Source: Clostridia bacterium (GTDB lineage Bacteria > Bacillota > Clostridia > UMGS1883). Taken from it: a stretch of DNA of 64,000 bases. A program made the translations under genes and the position numbers. The notes under the pieces are model-generated. The model was given only the letters and a program-made list of their open reading frames with translations. It had not been told where the DNA came from and ran no database searches. The stretch covers positions 146,372 to 210,371 of the forward strand of contig JBJDXJ010000038.1 of NCBI GenBank assembly GCA_051866635.1, read 5' to 3'. Position 1 is the stretch's first letter. Every line of letters starts with the position of its first letter. Shown one piece after another: positions 10,603 to 19,578 of the stretch.

Positions 10603-11529
10603 ATGATTTGTAATAATATTTTGGAAGCTATGGGGAATACCCCCATAATAAGACTTAACCATCTCACTGACGAAAACTCTGCCGAAATTCTGGTGAAGTT
10701 CGAGGGCTTGAATGTGGGTGGCTCCATTAAAACAAGAACGGCTTTTAACATGATAAAAAAAGCTGAAGAAGATGGCAAAATTAATAAAAATACAATTATC
10801 GTTGAGCCTACAAGCGGTAATCAGGGCATAGGACTTGCCTTGGTTGGTGCAGTGCGTGGGTATAAGACTAAAATAATTATGCCTGACAGTGTCAGCGAAG
10901 AAAGAAGAAAGTTAGTAGAGCATTACGGTGCAGAAGTAATACTCATTCATGATGCAGGCAATATCGGCGAATGTATTGAAGAATGTTTGCAGACTGCTCT
11001 TAAAATGCAGAGGGAGGATGAAAACGTGTTTGTCCCTCAGCAATTTGAAAACCCTGCAAATCCTGCCGTTCAGCGTTCTGTTACAGGATGGGAAATCCTT
11101 TCACAAGTGGCAAAGCCTATCCACGGCTTCTGCTCAGGTATTGGAACTGGCGGCACAATAACAGGTATCGGTGAAGCCTTGAAAAAGGAAAACCCCGATA
11201 TCGAAATTTGGGCGGTAGAGCCTGAACATGCGGCGATACTTTCAGGCGGCTCAATAGGCACTCATTTGCAGATGGGCATTGGTGACGGGCTTATACCCGA
11301 TATTTTGAACCGTGAAATCTATGACGACATCTGCATTGTAAAAGATGATGAAGCTATTTTGACTGCGAAACTTCTTGCATCTAAAGAAGGCATCATGTGC
11401 GGTATATCTTCAGGCACAAATGTTGCCGCCGCCATAAAAATGGCTAAAAAGTTAGGTCGGGGTAAAACTGTTGTAACGGTGCTTCCTGACACTGCGGAGA
11501 GATATTTCTCAACACCTTTGTTTGAATAA
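10603..11529 (+). CDS. cysK: Cysteine synthase
   Basis: GNTP, GGSIKTR (PLP Lys), EPTSGNQG, GTGGT, PDTAERYFST. Confidence 0.92.
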   Translation: MICNNILEAMGNTPIIRLNHLTDENSAEILVKFEGLNVGGSIKTRTAFNMIKKAEEDGKINKNTIIVEPTSGNQGIGLALVGAVRGYKTKIIMPDSVSEERRKLVEHYGAEVILIHDAGNIGECIEECLQTALKMQREDENVFVPQQFENPANPAVQRSVTGWEILSQVAKPIHGFCSGIGTGGTITGIGEALKKENPDIEIWAVEPEHAAILSGGSIGTHLQMGIGDGLIPDILNREIYDDICIVKDDEAILTAKLLASKEGIMCGISSGTNVAAAIKMAKKLGRGKTVVTVLPDTAERYFSTPLFE

Positions 11530-11535
11530 CGCATT

Positions 11536-12561
11536 ATGCGTATTAATAAAATTATTACATCGGAGGAAATGGAAATGGATTGGAATTCAAATGTAAGACC
11601 TGAAACAATGGAAAGGATTACAACTAAGGAACAGGCTGATGCTTATATTAATGAGCTTGTTGAGTTTACCCGTAAACAGGTAGGCGACAAAAAGGTGCTT
11701 TTGGCTCTTTCAGGCGGCGTTGACTCATCTGTTGTTGCCGCACTTTTGATTAAGGCTATAGGCAAACAGCTTGTATGCGTTCATGTAAACCATGGACTTA
11801 TGCGTAAGGGCGAAAGTGAACAGGTTATTGAAGTGTTCAAGCATCAGATGGACGCAAACCTTATTTATATTGATGCAACAGACCGCTTCTTGGATAAACT
11901 TGCAGGCGTTGCCGAACCTGAAAAGAAAAGAAAGATTATCGGCGGCGAATTTATCGAAGTGTTTAACGAAGAAGCTAAGAAGCTTGAGGGTATCAAGTTC
12001 CTTGCACAGGGTACAATTTACCCCGATATTTTGGAATCTGACGGCGTAAAGGCACACCACAATGTGGGCGGTCTTCCCGAAGAAATGGAACTTGGTCTTG
12101 TTGAACCTGTTAAGCTTCTCTTTAAGGATGAAGTAAGGGTTGTGGGAAGTGCTTTGGGTCTTCCTAATGAAATGGTTTACCGTCAGCCATTCCCCGGTCC
12201 CGGTTTGGGCGTAAGATGCTTGGGTGCTATTACACGTGACAGACTTCATGCCCTCAGGGAAGCTGATGCAATACTCCGCGAAGAATTTGCAAAGAACGGC
12301 TTAGAAGGTAAAGTTTGGCAGTACTTTATATCCGTGCCCGATATGAAGAGCGTGGGCGTAAAGGAAGGCAAGCGTTACGAGGGCTGGGCGGCAATTATCC
12401 GTGCAGTCAATACTGTTGACGCAATGACTGCCACAGTTCCCGAAATTGACTGGGCACTTTTAAAGCATATTACAGACAGAATACTTTCCGAAGTTGAAGG
12501 TATTAACCGTGTACTTTACGATTTGTCACCTAAGCCTGTGGCAACAATCGAGTGGGAATAA
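11536..12561 (+). CDS. guaA: GMP synthase ATP-pyrophosphatase + C-terminal domains only (no glutaminase domain)
   Basis: LSGGVDSSV, LAQGTIYPD, HHNVGG, RQPFPGPGLGVR, KPVATIEWE; start may be a later Met (11569/11575). Confidence 0.9.
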   Translation: MRINKIITSEEMEMDWNSNVRPETMERITTKEQADAYINELVEFTRKQVGDKKVLLALSGGVDSSVVAALLIKAIGKQLVCVHVNHGLMRKGESEQVIEVFKHQMDANLIYIDATDRFLDKLAGVAEPEKKRKIIGGEFIEVFNEEAKKLEGIKFLAQGTIYPDILESDGVKAHHNVGGLPEEMELGLVEPVKLLFKDEVRVVGSALGLPNEMVYRQPFPGPGLGVRCLGAITRDRLHALREADAILREEFAKNGLEGKVWQYFISVPDMKSVGVKEGKRYEGWAAIIRAVNTVDAMTATVPEIDWALLKHITDRILSEVEGINRVLYDLSPKPVATIEWE

Positions 12562-12579
12562 TATAATGTGGTTTTAAAG
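12546..12579 (+). repeat. attL-like 34-bp direct repeat overlapping guaA 3' end
   Basis: aatcgagtgggaataatataatgtggttttaaag; 32/34 identical to 17953-17986. Confidence 0.85.
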
Positions 12580-12851
12580 TGGTTTGAAATCAAGTGATTT
12601 CAAACCACTTTTTTGCGTCAACTATAAAACAAATCACATCAAAAACAGAGGAAATACTAAGAATGAAATTGAGAAAATCAACAAAGCACTGCATGAGCTG
12701 CGGAGTGCTGTGAAAACCTGTAACAATATTTTTAAGGATGCCGAGCGTATCAGAGAACATACAAACTATGTTTCTCGACTTGAGCAAGAGGCAAAGGAAC
12801 AAAACAAAAGTAAAAATAAAAATTATATTATTCGATAGAATGGAGGAACTT

Positions 12852-13407
12852 ATGAAAACGATAAAATCAATTATTATTTTAATTATGGTAATGATATTTA
12901 CAACAACTACATATGCAGCAGAGGTGCCGAGAGAGTCGGCATCCTGCTATACTACAAATGACAGTATTACCGTGGCAGAAAACCTTATAGGCGATATTTT
13001 GACTGAAGTACAAAATGGTTTAGGCTACGCCGATGCAAGAGCAAGTCGAATGTGATTTCAATGCATGGCTTAACGGACAGACTTGCGATTTTAGTTATGG
13101 AGAGCTTGTTAATATAGCAAATAATGCGATATGGCAATATCGAGATATGTATTTGCGACCTGATTTTTATGCAAATAATCTTGAAAAGGTAAGAGTTATT
13201 ATTGCTCCTGTAATTGAAGATTATAAATCCGGCAAAAGCACTTATGCAGAAGCAGAATTCAATGCACAAACAAAGATTTATCAATCCGTAAAGTCTGATT
13301 TCAATCCCGATGTAGAATATATGAAAGATCCTCTTTCGAGGGATATTCCGTCAGTTGATAATAGCTTGTTTATACTTGCAAGAAAGCTGATTTTAGAAAA
13401 CAAATAA
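12852..13407 (+). pseudogene. Frameshifted secreted protein
   Basis: RBS ggagg, signal peptide MKTIKSIIIL..TYA; frame ends 13055 while overlapping frame 13033-13407 continues without its own RBS. Confidence 0.55.
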
Positions 13408-13547
13408 CTTTTGGTGCGGTAGTGGGTGTGTTTCCACTATCGCACTAATAAATCTTTGTATAAAACGTAGAAAAGTTAAAAATAGTATTGCTTTTATTCG
13501 AGTTTTAGAATATAATATAATTTGTAATAGACAAGGAGTGTAGAAAT

Positions 13548-14618
13548 ATGGAAGTTATGTCTGCAAGAGAAGCTGCTGATAAGTGGGGCATATCCCAAAG
13601 ACGTGTAGCGGTCCTCTGTTCTGAAAATAGAATAGCAAATGTTCAAATGTTAGGTAATATGTGGCTTATACCTACAAATGCAGAAAAACCTATTGACGCA
13701 AGAAGTACAAGATATAACACTACAGACGAAAAGACAGTAAAACCTTTTCTTAAATGGGCAGGTGGCAAAGGACAACTATTAAAAGAAATTGAAAGATATT
13801 ACCCTTTTAACAATGGTAATATTACAAAGTATGCGGAGCCATTTGTCGGAGGAGGTGCTGTTCTTTTTGATATTCTCAGTAAATATGATTTGGAACAGAT
13901 TTATATAAGTGATATAAATGCTGAGCTTATAAACACTTATGTTATCATAAGAGAACATATTGAGGAACTGATAGGATTATTAAGCAAATATCAAAGTGAG
14001 TATGTGCCTCTTGAAACAGAAGATAGAAAGTCATACTATATGGCAAAAAGAGTTAGATTTAATGATTTGAAAGTTAACGGCAACGAGGCTGAAAACATTG
14101 AAAAAGCAGCATTGATGATTTTTCTTAATAAAACTTGCTTCAATGGTCTGTTTAGAGTAAACAAAAAAGGTCTGTTTAATGTTCCTATGGGAGCATACAA
14201 AAATCCGCTTATCTGTGATGAAAAAAACCTTCGTGCGGTATCGGACAAACTTCAAAATGTTGAAATTGTATGTGGTGATTACAGAGAGTCGGCTGACTTT
14301 ATTGATAAAAATACATTTGTTTATTTTGATCCGCCATACAGACCTATTACTGATACCGCAAGTTTTACTGCATATACTGAGAATTTATTTAATGACGAAG
14401 AACAAATTGAACTTGCTGAATTTGTTGAATGTATGCACAAAAAAGGAGCAAAAGTAGTTGTAAGCAATTCCGATCCGAAGAATTCTAATACAGAAGATGA
14501 TTTCTTTGATAATATATATTCTGCTCATAAAATTAAGCGAGTTGAGGCTACACGAATGATTAATTGCAACAGCGAAGCAAGAGGAAAAATCAAAGAACTG
14601 CTTATATCAAATTTTTAA
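13548..14618 (+). CDS. Dam/DpnM-family m6A DNA methyltransferase with N-terminal HTH
   Basis: MSAREAADKWGIS HTH; KWAGGK, EPFVGGG, FNGLFRVN, DPPY. Confidence 0.92.
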   Translation: MEVMSAREAADKWGISQRRVAVLCSENRIANVQMLGNMWLIPTNAEKPIDARSTRYNTTDEKTVKPFLKWAGGKGQLLKEIERYYPFNNGNITKYAEPFVGGGAVLFDILSKYDLEQIYISDINAELINTYVIIREHIEELIGLLSKYQSEYVPLETEDRKSYYMAKRVRFNDLKVNGNEAENIEKAALMIFLNKTCFNGLFRVNKKGLFNVPMGAYKNPLICDEKNLRAVSDKLQNVEIVCGDYRESADFIDKNTFVYFDPPYRPITDTASFTAYTENLFNDEEQIELAEFVECMHKKGAKVVVSNSDPKNSNTEDDFFDNIYSAHKIKRVEATRMINCNSEARGKIKELLISNF

Positions 14619-14633
14619 GGAGATTTTGGACTT

Positions 14634-15170
14634 ATGATAAAGAACGGAAAAGGCTGCGGCAATACCAAAACCGGACTTGTATTTGAGGGAAAAACTGATT
14701 TGGCAACTTTCTTAAACAAACAAAAGGGGTATCGTGTTACAGATAACATTGTGTTTTATAACGATGAAAAAGTTGCTCGCATTTTTAAAAAGCATGGATT
14801 TTATAAGTTCTTGGAAGAAGTTGGGGTTGATTGGACAAAAATCATATCAAAAAAACTTCTGCCGGATGACAGTATCTATGTAATCGTGAATAATACGCTT
14901 TTTATTATCGAATGTAAGTATCAACAAGTGGCAGGCTCCGTTGATGAAAAATTACAAACTTGCGATTTTAAAAGAAAACAATATCAAAAATTGATGGCAC
15001 AACTAAATATTGATGTGGAATACATATATTTATTGTCAAATTGGTTTAAAAATCCTAAGTACAAAGATGTATTAGACTATATTATAAGTGTGCGTTGTCA
15101 GTATTACTTTGAATATATACCGCTTACAAAATTAGGTTTGCCTGTACCCAATAATGCAGAGGAGGAGTAA
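14634..15170 (+). CDS. PD-(D/E)XK nuclease-superfamily protein
   Basis: LLPDD...IIECKYQQVAGSVDEKLQ. Confidence 0.75.
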   Translation: MIKNGKGCGNTKTGLVFEGKTDLATFLNKQKGYRVTDNIVFYNDEKVARIFKKHGFYKFLEEVGVDWTKIISKKLLPDDSIYVIVNNTLFIIECKYQQVAGSVDEKLQTCDFKRKQYQKLMAQLNIDVEYIYLLSNWFKNPKYKDVLDYIISVRCQYYFEYIPLTKLGLPVPNNAEEE

Positions 15171-16034
15171 TTGATGTCAAGGGAGTTTAATACTTGGTTA
15201 TCCGAATTTCGTGACAGTATCGCAGATTACGGATATTATATAGATTTTGAAAAGGTACATAGAAATGTCGGAAATATAAAGGTTGAGCTTAATATTCTGA
15301 ACTCACTTATTGGTTCTGACAATATTGAAGATGATTTTGAAAATTTAATTAAAAAATATCCCGAAGTGTTAAAATGTATTCCATTGCTTTTGGCTGTACG
15401 GGCGAATGAGATATATGCTATTGATGGTGATGGAGCGTTTACATATAATTTTAAGAAAGCTAATCTCGACTCAGAACAGTATAAGGTGTTTATGCGTAAA
15501 ACAGGTTTGTTTGATTTAATAGCTAATCATATTGTGAACAATTTGGTTGACTATGCTACGGGCGTTGAAACAGGACTTGATTCTAATGGTCGCAAAAATC
15601 GAGGTGGACATTTAATGGAAAACTTGGTTGAAAGTTTTATTAAAAAAGCGGGATTTGTAAAAGATGAAACATACTTTAAGGAAATGTATATTCATCAGAT
15701 TACCGAGAAGTGGGGCATTGATTTATCTGCAATTTCAAATCAAGGCAAAATGGAAAAACGCTTTGATTATGTAGTTAAGACACCAAATATGATTTACGGT
15801 ATTGAAACTAATTTTTACGGCAGCGGCGGCTCAAAACTCAATGAAACTGCTCGCAGCTATAAAACACTTGCTCTTGAAACCGATACAATAGACGGATTTA
15901 CTTTTATTTGGTTTACGGACGGCAAAGGTTGGACAAATGCAAGGCACAACCTTGAAGAAACATTTGATGTTATGGAACACATTTATAATATTAATGATAT
16001 GGAAAACGAGATAATTCAAGAGGTTTTTAAATAA
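15171..16034 (+). CDS. DpnII-family type II restriction endonuclease (GATC expected)
   Basis: GVETGLDSNGRKNRGG, KRFDYV, IETNFYGSGGSKLNE, WFTDGKGW. Confidence 0.9.
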   Translation: MMSREFNTWLSEFRDSIADYGYYIDFEKVHRNVGNIKVELNILNSLIGSDNIEDDFENLIKKYPEVLKCIPLLLAVRANEIYAIDGDGAFTYNFKKANLDSEQYKVFMRKTGLFDLIANHIVNNLVDYATGVETGLDSNGRKNRGGHLMENLVESFIKKAGFVKDETYFKEMYIHQITEKWGIDLSAISNQGKMEKRFDYVVKTPNMIYGIETNFYGSGGSKLNETARSYKTLALETDTIDGFTFIWFTDGKGWTNARHNLEETFDVMEHIYNINDMENEIIQEVFK

Positions 16035-16783
16035 TGGCAGAGAAAAAAATTAAAAAATGGGAGCCTGAAGATTTTGAGCTTGAAATGACTACGCATTGGT
16101 CATTTCCAAAGCGTGGCGATTGGGCAACTCACGATGCTAAATGGCGTGGCAATTGGTCTCCATACATACCAAGAAATATTATATTAAGATATTCTCAAGA
16201 GGGAGATTTAGTTCTTGACCAATTTGCCGGGGGTGGTACTACTCTTGTTGAAGCAAAACTTTTGAATCGAGACATAATTGGTGTAGATATAAATGATGTT
16301 GCACTTGAACGCTGCAGAGAAAAAACAACATTTGATTATGAACCTGCAAAAGGTAAAGTGTATATCAAAAAAGGCGATGCAAGAAATCTTGATTTTGTAC
16401 CCGATGATAGTATTGACTTGATATGCACCCATCCACCTTATGCAGATATTATTAAGTATAGCGATGGCATAGAGGAAGATTTATCTCAATTAAAAGTTAA
16501 AGACTTTCTTGAAGAAATGAAAAAGGTTGCAACAGAGAGTTATCGTGTGCTTAAAAAGGACAGGTTTTGTGCTGTTCTTATGGGCGATACAAGGCAAAAA
16601 GGATGTATGATACCGATGTCGTTTGAGGTTATGAAAATTTTTCAAGACGCAGGATTTAGACTTAAAGAACTTATAATAAAAGAACAGCATAATTGCAGGG
16701 CAACAGGATATTGGAAAACAAATAGTGTGAAATATAATTTTTTGCTGATTGCACACGAGTATTTGTTTGTATTTAGAAAGTAA
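16034..16783 (+). CDS. Second DNA amino-methyltransferase
   Basis: DQFAGGGTT SAM-binding motif, HPPY motif; coupled to REase. Confidence 0.85.
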   Translation: MAEKKIKKWEPEDFELEMTTHWSFPKRGDWATHDAKWRGNWSPYIPRNIILRYSQEGDLVLDQFAGGGTTLVEAKLLNRDIIGVDINDVALERCREKTTFDYEPAKGKVYIKKGDARNLDFVPDDSIDLICTHPPYADIIKYSDGIEEDLSQLKVKDFLEEMKKVATESYRVLKKDRFCAVLMGDTRQKGCMIPMSFEVMKIFQDAGFRLKELIIKEQHNCRATGYWKTNSVKYNFLLIAHEYLFVFRK

Positions 16784-16795
16784 GGAGGATTTTGA

Positions 16796-17782
16796 ATGGG
16801 AGCAACAGAAATTGTTCAAGCATTAGTGTCTCCAACAGAAAAATTAATAGATGCTGTATCAGGAGCTATAGGGAAAGCATATGAACCTCGCCATGTCAGA
16901 AAAATGGCGGAAGCAAAATCTTATGAACTAAAATTAATTGCAGATACAGTTCGTAATAATAGCGATGTACCAATAGTATACGATTCAACTGGTGTTGTTA
17001 TTGACACAAGCAATTATGAGGAAATTGCAAAAAGAGCTTCATGTCGCTTGGCATTTCAAGAAATTACAAAGCAGCAAAATATTGAATCAATTGCCGACAA
17101 AGCTTATGAAGAACTAGAAAATTCTGATTCTGTAAGCAATGTACCCGTGAGTCAAGATTGGATGTCTCGTTTCTTTAACTCAGTCGAAGATATTAGTGAC
17201 GATAAGATGCAAGAAGTTTGGGCACATATTTTAGCGAGTGAAATCAAGACACCTAATACATATTCATATCGAACTATTGACAAACTTAAGAATATGACTC
17301 GAAATGAAGCAGAATTATTTCAAAGAGTTGCGGGACTTTCAATGCGAGGCGGTAGTGTATATTTCATACTTTCCGATAAAGAACTTCTTAATAGTTATGG
17401 TGTTTACTTCAGTGAGCTTCTTTCGCTTGAAGAGTGCGGTCTAATCTCTACACAAAGTTTGACTTTTAAGATTGAAGCATCAGAAAAACAACCAGGACAT
17501 TTAATGACTGATAAATATATAGGTTTTATTCGTGGCCGAGAAACAGATAAGATACAAGAATTTAAGTTAAATATATATGTGTTTACAGAGAGTGGTAAAC
17601 AGCTAATTAATGCAATACACCCACAAACGGACGATAAGTATTTTATTGACTGCATGCAAAAAATTCACCAAGAGCACAGTAGTTTCTCTGTTGCAGTTCA
17701 CAGAATCAATTATATTACTGACGATGGTAGAATAAATTATAATGATGTCGATATTCTTTCTACAATAAATAATGTTGGTTAA
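16796..17782 (+). CDS. DUF2806-like protein
   Basis: QQNIESI..A, DWMSRFFNSVEDISDDKMQEVWAHILASE..PNTYS. Confidence 0.75.
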   Translation: MGATEIVQALVSPTEKLIDAVSGAIGKAYEPRHVRKMAEAKSYELKLIADTVRNNSDVPIVYDSTGVVIDTSNYEEIAKRASCRLAFQEITKQQNIESIADKAYEELENSDSVSNVPVSQDWMSRFFNSVEDISDDKMQEVWAHILASEIKTPNTYSYRTIDKLKNMTRNEAELFQRVAGLSMRGGSVYFILSDKELLNSYGVYFSELLSLEECGLISTQSLTFKIEASEKQPGHLMTDKYIGFIRGRETDKIQEFKLNIYVFTESGKQLINAIHPQTDDKYFIDCMQKIHQEHSSFSVAVHRINYITDDGRINYNDVDILSTINNVG

Positions 17783-17952
17783 ATCAAAATTGCTATGATT
17801 AAATACTTTGATTAGCATTTCATTTAAAAATTTTTTGAGTACATTTTGAGTACAAAAACTTTCGCAAAAGAAATCACGACACAGGAATTCGTAAAATTTA
17901 AGGAATGTAATTATGCAAAATCAAGGAAAAACACCTTGATTAACTTCCCATA

Positions 17953-17986
17953 AATCGAGTGGGTATAATATAATGGGGTTTTAAAG
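17953..17986 (+). repeat. attR-like copy of guaA 3' end
   Basis: aatcgagtgggtataatataatggggttttaaag. Confidence 0.85.
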
Positions 17987-18148
17987 AGGCTGTAAAATGT
18001 CTCTTAGTAAATAAGTTAAGACCATTTGGGACAGTCCCCCTTATGGCAAATTGGGCGACAATTTGCCAAAGAAACCTTGCGAGGTTTTGTTGGGACAGTC
18101 CCGAAATGGTCTTTTTGTTATCTCAGTGTGGACTTTTTTTACAGCCAC
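17986..18148. mobile_element. About 165-bp MITE-like structured repeat, copy 1
   Basis: Ends gaggctgtaaaa / ttttacagccac; near identical to 32895-33059. Confidence 0.75.
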
Positions 18149-18301
18149 TTTTTATGTTTAGTTTTCTTTGAAACCTAACGTGTTTAAAACTGTTGTCGCA
18201 TTTTCCCATTGTTATGGGAATGTTTTACGCATTTGAAATCGGTAGGATTTGTTTAGGAACAGCACAATGAAAATAAATGTAAAGATTTTTTCATTTTTCT
18301 G

Positions 18302-18330
18302 TTGACAAGATAAAAAATTGGTGCTACAAT
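18302..18330 (+). promoter_or_regulatory. sigmaA promoter of Met/Cys transport operon
   Basis: TTGACA-17 bp-(TG)cTACAAT. Confidence 0.8.
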
Positions 18331-18378
18331 ACAACCAATCTAAACAGTAGGTAAATAATAAGAAAGGGGAGAGCGTGC

Positions 18379-18519
18379 ATGACAAGATTTTATAGAAACG
18401 GCACAATGATAATGATGTGTATGTGTATCTGTATGTGTTCTTGGTGTATGCATATGGCTTTTTTGTATATTTATACGATATGTTCTCCCTTTAGGATAAA
18501 ACATTGTGTCACATTGTAA
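18379..18519 (+). CDS. Putative Met/Cys-rich leader peptide (46 aa)
   Basis: RBS aaagggga; MTRFYRNGTMIMMCMCICMCSWCMHMAFLYIYTICSPFRIKHCVTL*. Confidence 0.75.
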   Translation: MTRFYRNGTMIMMCMCICMCSWCMHMAFLYIYTICSPFRIKHCVTL

Positions 18520-18539
18520 AAATGTGGAATAACGCTTTT

Positions 18540-18580
18540 AAACCGGGAAACTTATCGAAAGTTTTCCGGTTTATTATATT
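18540..18580 (+). terminator. Attenuator-like intrinsic terminator in leader
   Basis: aaccgggaaact-tatcgaa-agttttccggtt followed by tattatatt. Confidence 0.65.
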
Positions 18581-18709
18581 AAGAGGTGAAAGGCATGAAA
18601 TTGTATTTTGAAAAGCTCGTCAGAGCAAATTACAGGTTCGGGCGAATGTGACAGTAATATTTTAAGGAAAAAATATTATAAATTTATAAATTAAAGGAGA
18701 TTTACTGTC

Positions 18710-19564
18710 ATGAAAAAAATAACATCAACTATACTTAAATTATTACTTACACTTGCCATTGCAATTTCCTTTGCAGGTTGCGGAAAAAATTCAGACAAAA
18801 TTACAATTGCAGTACCAAACGACACAACAAACGAAGCGAGAGCGTTGCTCCTTCTGGAGGATTTGGGCTACATAAAGCTTAAAGAAGGCGCCACTATTAC
18901 AGCTACAATTCTTGATGTGGAAGAAAATCCCTATAACATAAACTTTAAAGAAGTAGAGGCCGCACAGCTTCCAAATACACTTAAGGATGTTGACTATGCC
19001 GTAATAAATTCAAACTATGCCATTGAAGCAGGACTTAATCCCACGAAAGATGCTCTTGGTATTGAAGGTTCATCATCATCTTACAGCAATATCCTTGCTG
19101 TAAAACAGGGAAACGAAAACACCGATATTGTGAAAGCTCTTGTTGCGGCTCTTGAAAGTGAAGACGTAACAAATTTCATTAGAAATGAATATGATGGTGC
19201 AGTGGTATCTGTAGTTGATAATCCCACTGACGGTTATGACACATCTGTAGACTATGATTTATTGGCAGGAAAAACAGTTAAGGTTGCCGCATCGCCTACA
19301 CCTCATGCGGAAATATTGTCAGTTGTGAAGAACATTCTGGCAAAGAAAGAAATTAATCTTGAAATTATCGAATTCACCGACTATGTTCAGCCCAACAACG
19401 TGGTAGAAAGCGGCGAGGTTGACGCAAATTACTTCCAGCATGTGCCGTATCTTGATGATTTTAATAAGGAAAACGGAACCCATATTGTATCTGTGGCGGC
19501 TATCCATGTGGAGCCTATCGGAATTTATGGGGGAAAACAAAAAGCCCTCGATGAAATAAAATAA
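18710..19564 (+). CDS. metQ: MetQ/NlpA methionine-binding lipoprotein (circularly permuted)
   Basis: Lipobox FAGC; IAVPNDTTNEARAL; ASPTPHAEIL..FTDYVQPN..DANYFQH. Confidence 0.88.
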   Translation: MKKITSTILKLLLTLAIAISFAGCGKNSDKITIAVPNDTTNEARALLLLEDLGYIKLKEGATITATILDVEENPYNINFKEVEAAQLPNTLKDVDYAVINSNYAIEAGLNPTKDALGIEGSSSSYSNILAVKQGNENTDIVKALVAALESEDVTNFIRNEYDGAVVSVVDNPTDGYDTSVDYDLLAGKTVKVAASPTPHAEILSVVKNILAKKEINLEIIEFTDYVQPNNVVESGEVDANYFQHVPYLDDFNKENGTHIVSVAAIHVEPIGIYGGKQKALDEIK

Positions 19565-19578
19565 TACCGGAGATAAGT

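Larger units (their letters stand above)
12546..17986. mobile_element. Integrase-less genomic island at guaA 3' end carrying a DpnII-type RM system
   Basis: Flanked by 34-bp direct repeats; AT-rich; defence cargo. Confidence 0.8.

Noticed and set aside
12584-12838. 84-aa ORF after guaA
   Set aside because: TTG start inside the terminator hairpin with no RBS; at most a gene remnant
18150-18700. S-box or T-box riboswitch
   Set aside because: No TTATCAAGAG..GGCCC or GGTGGTACC consensus seen
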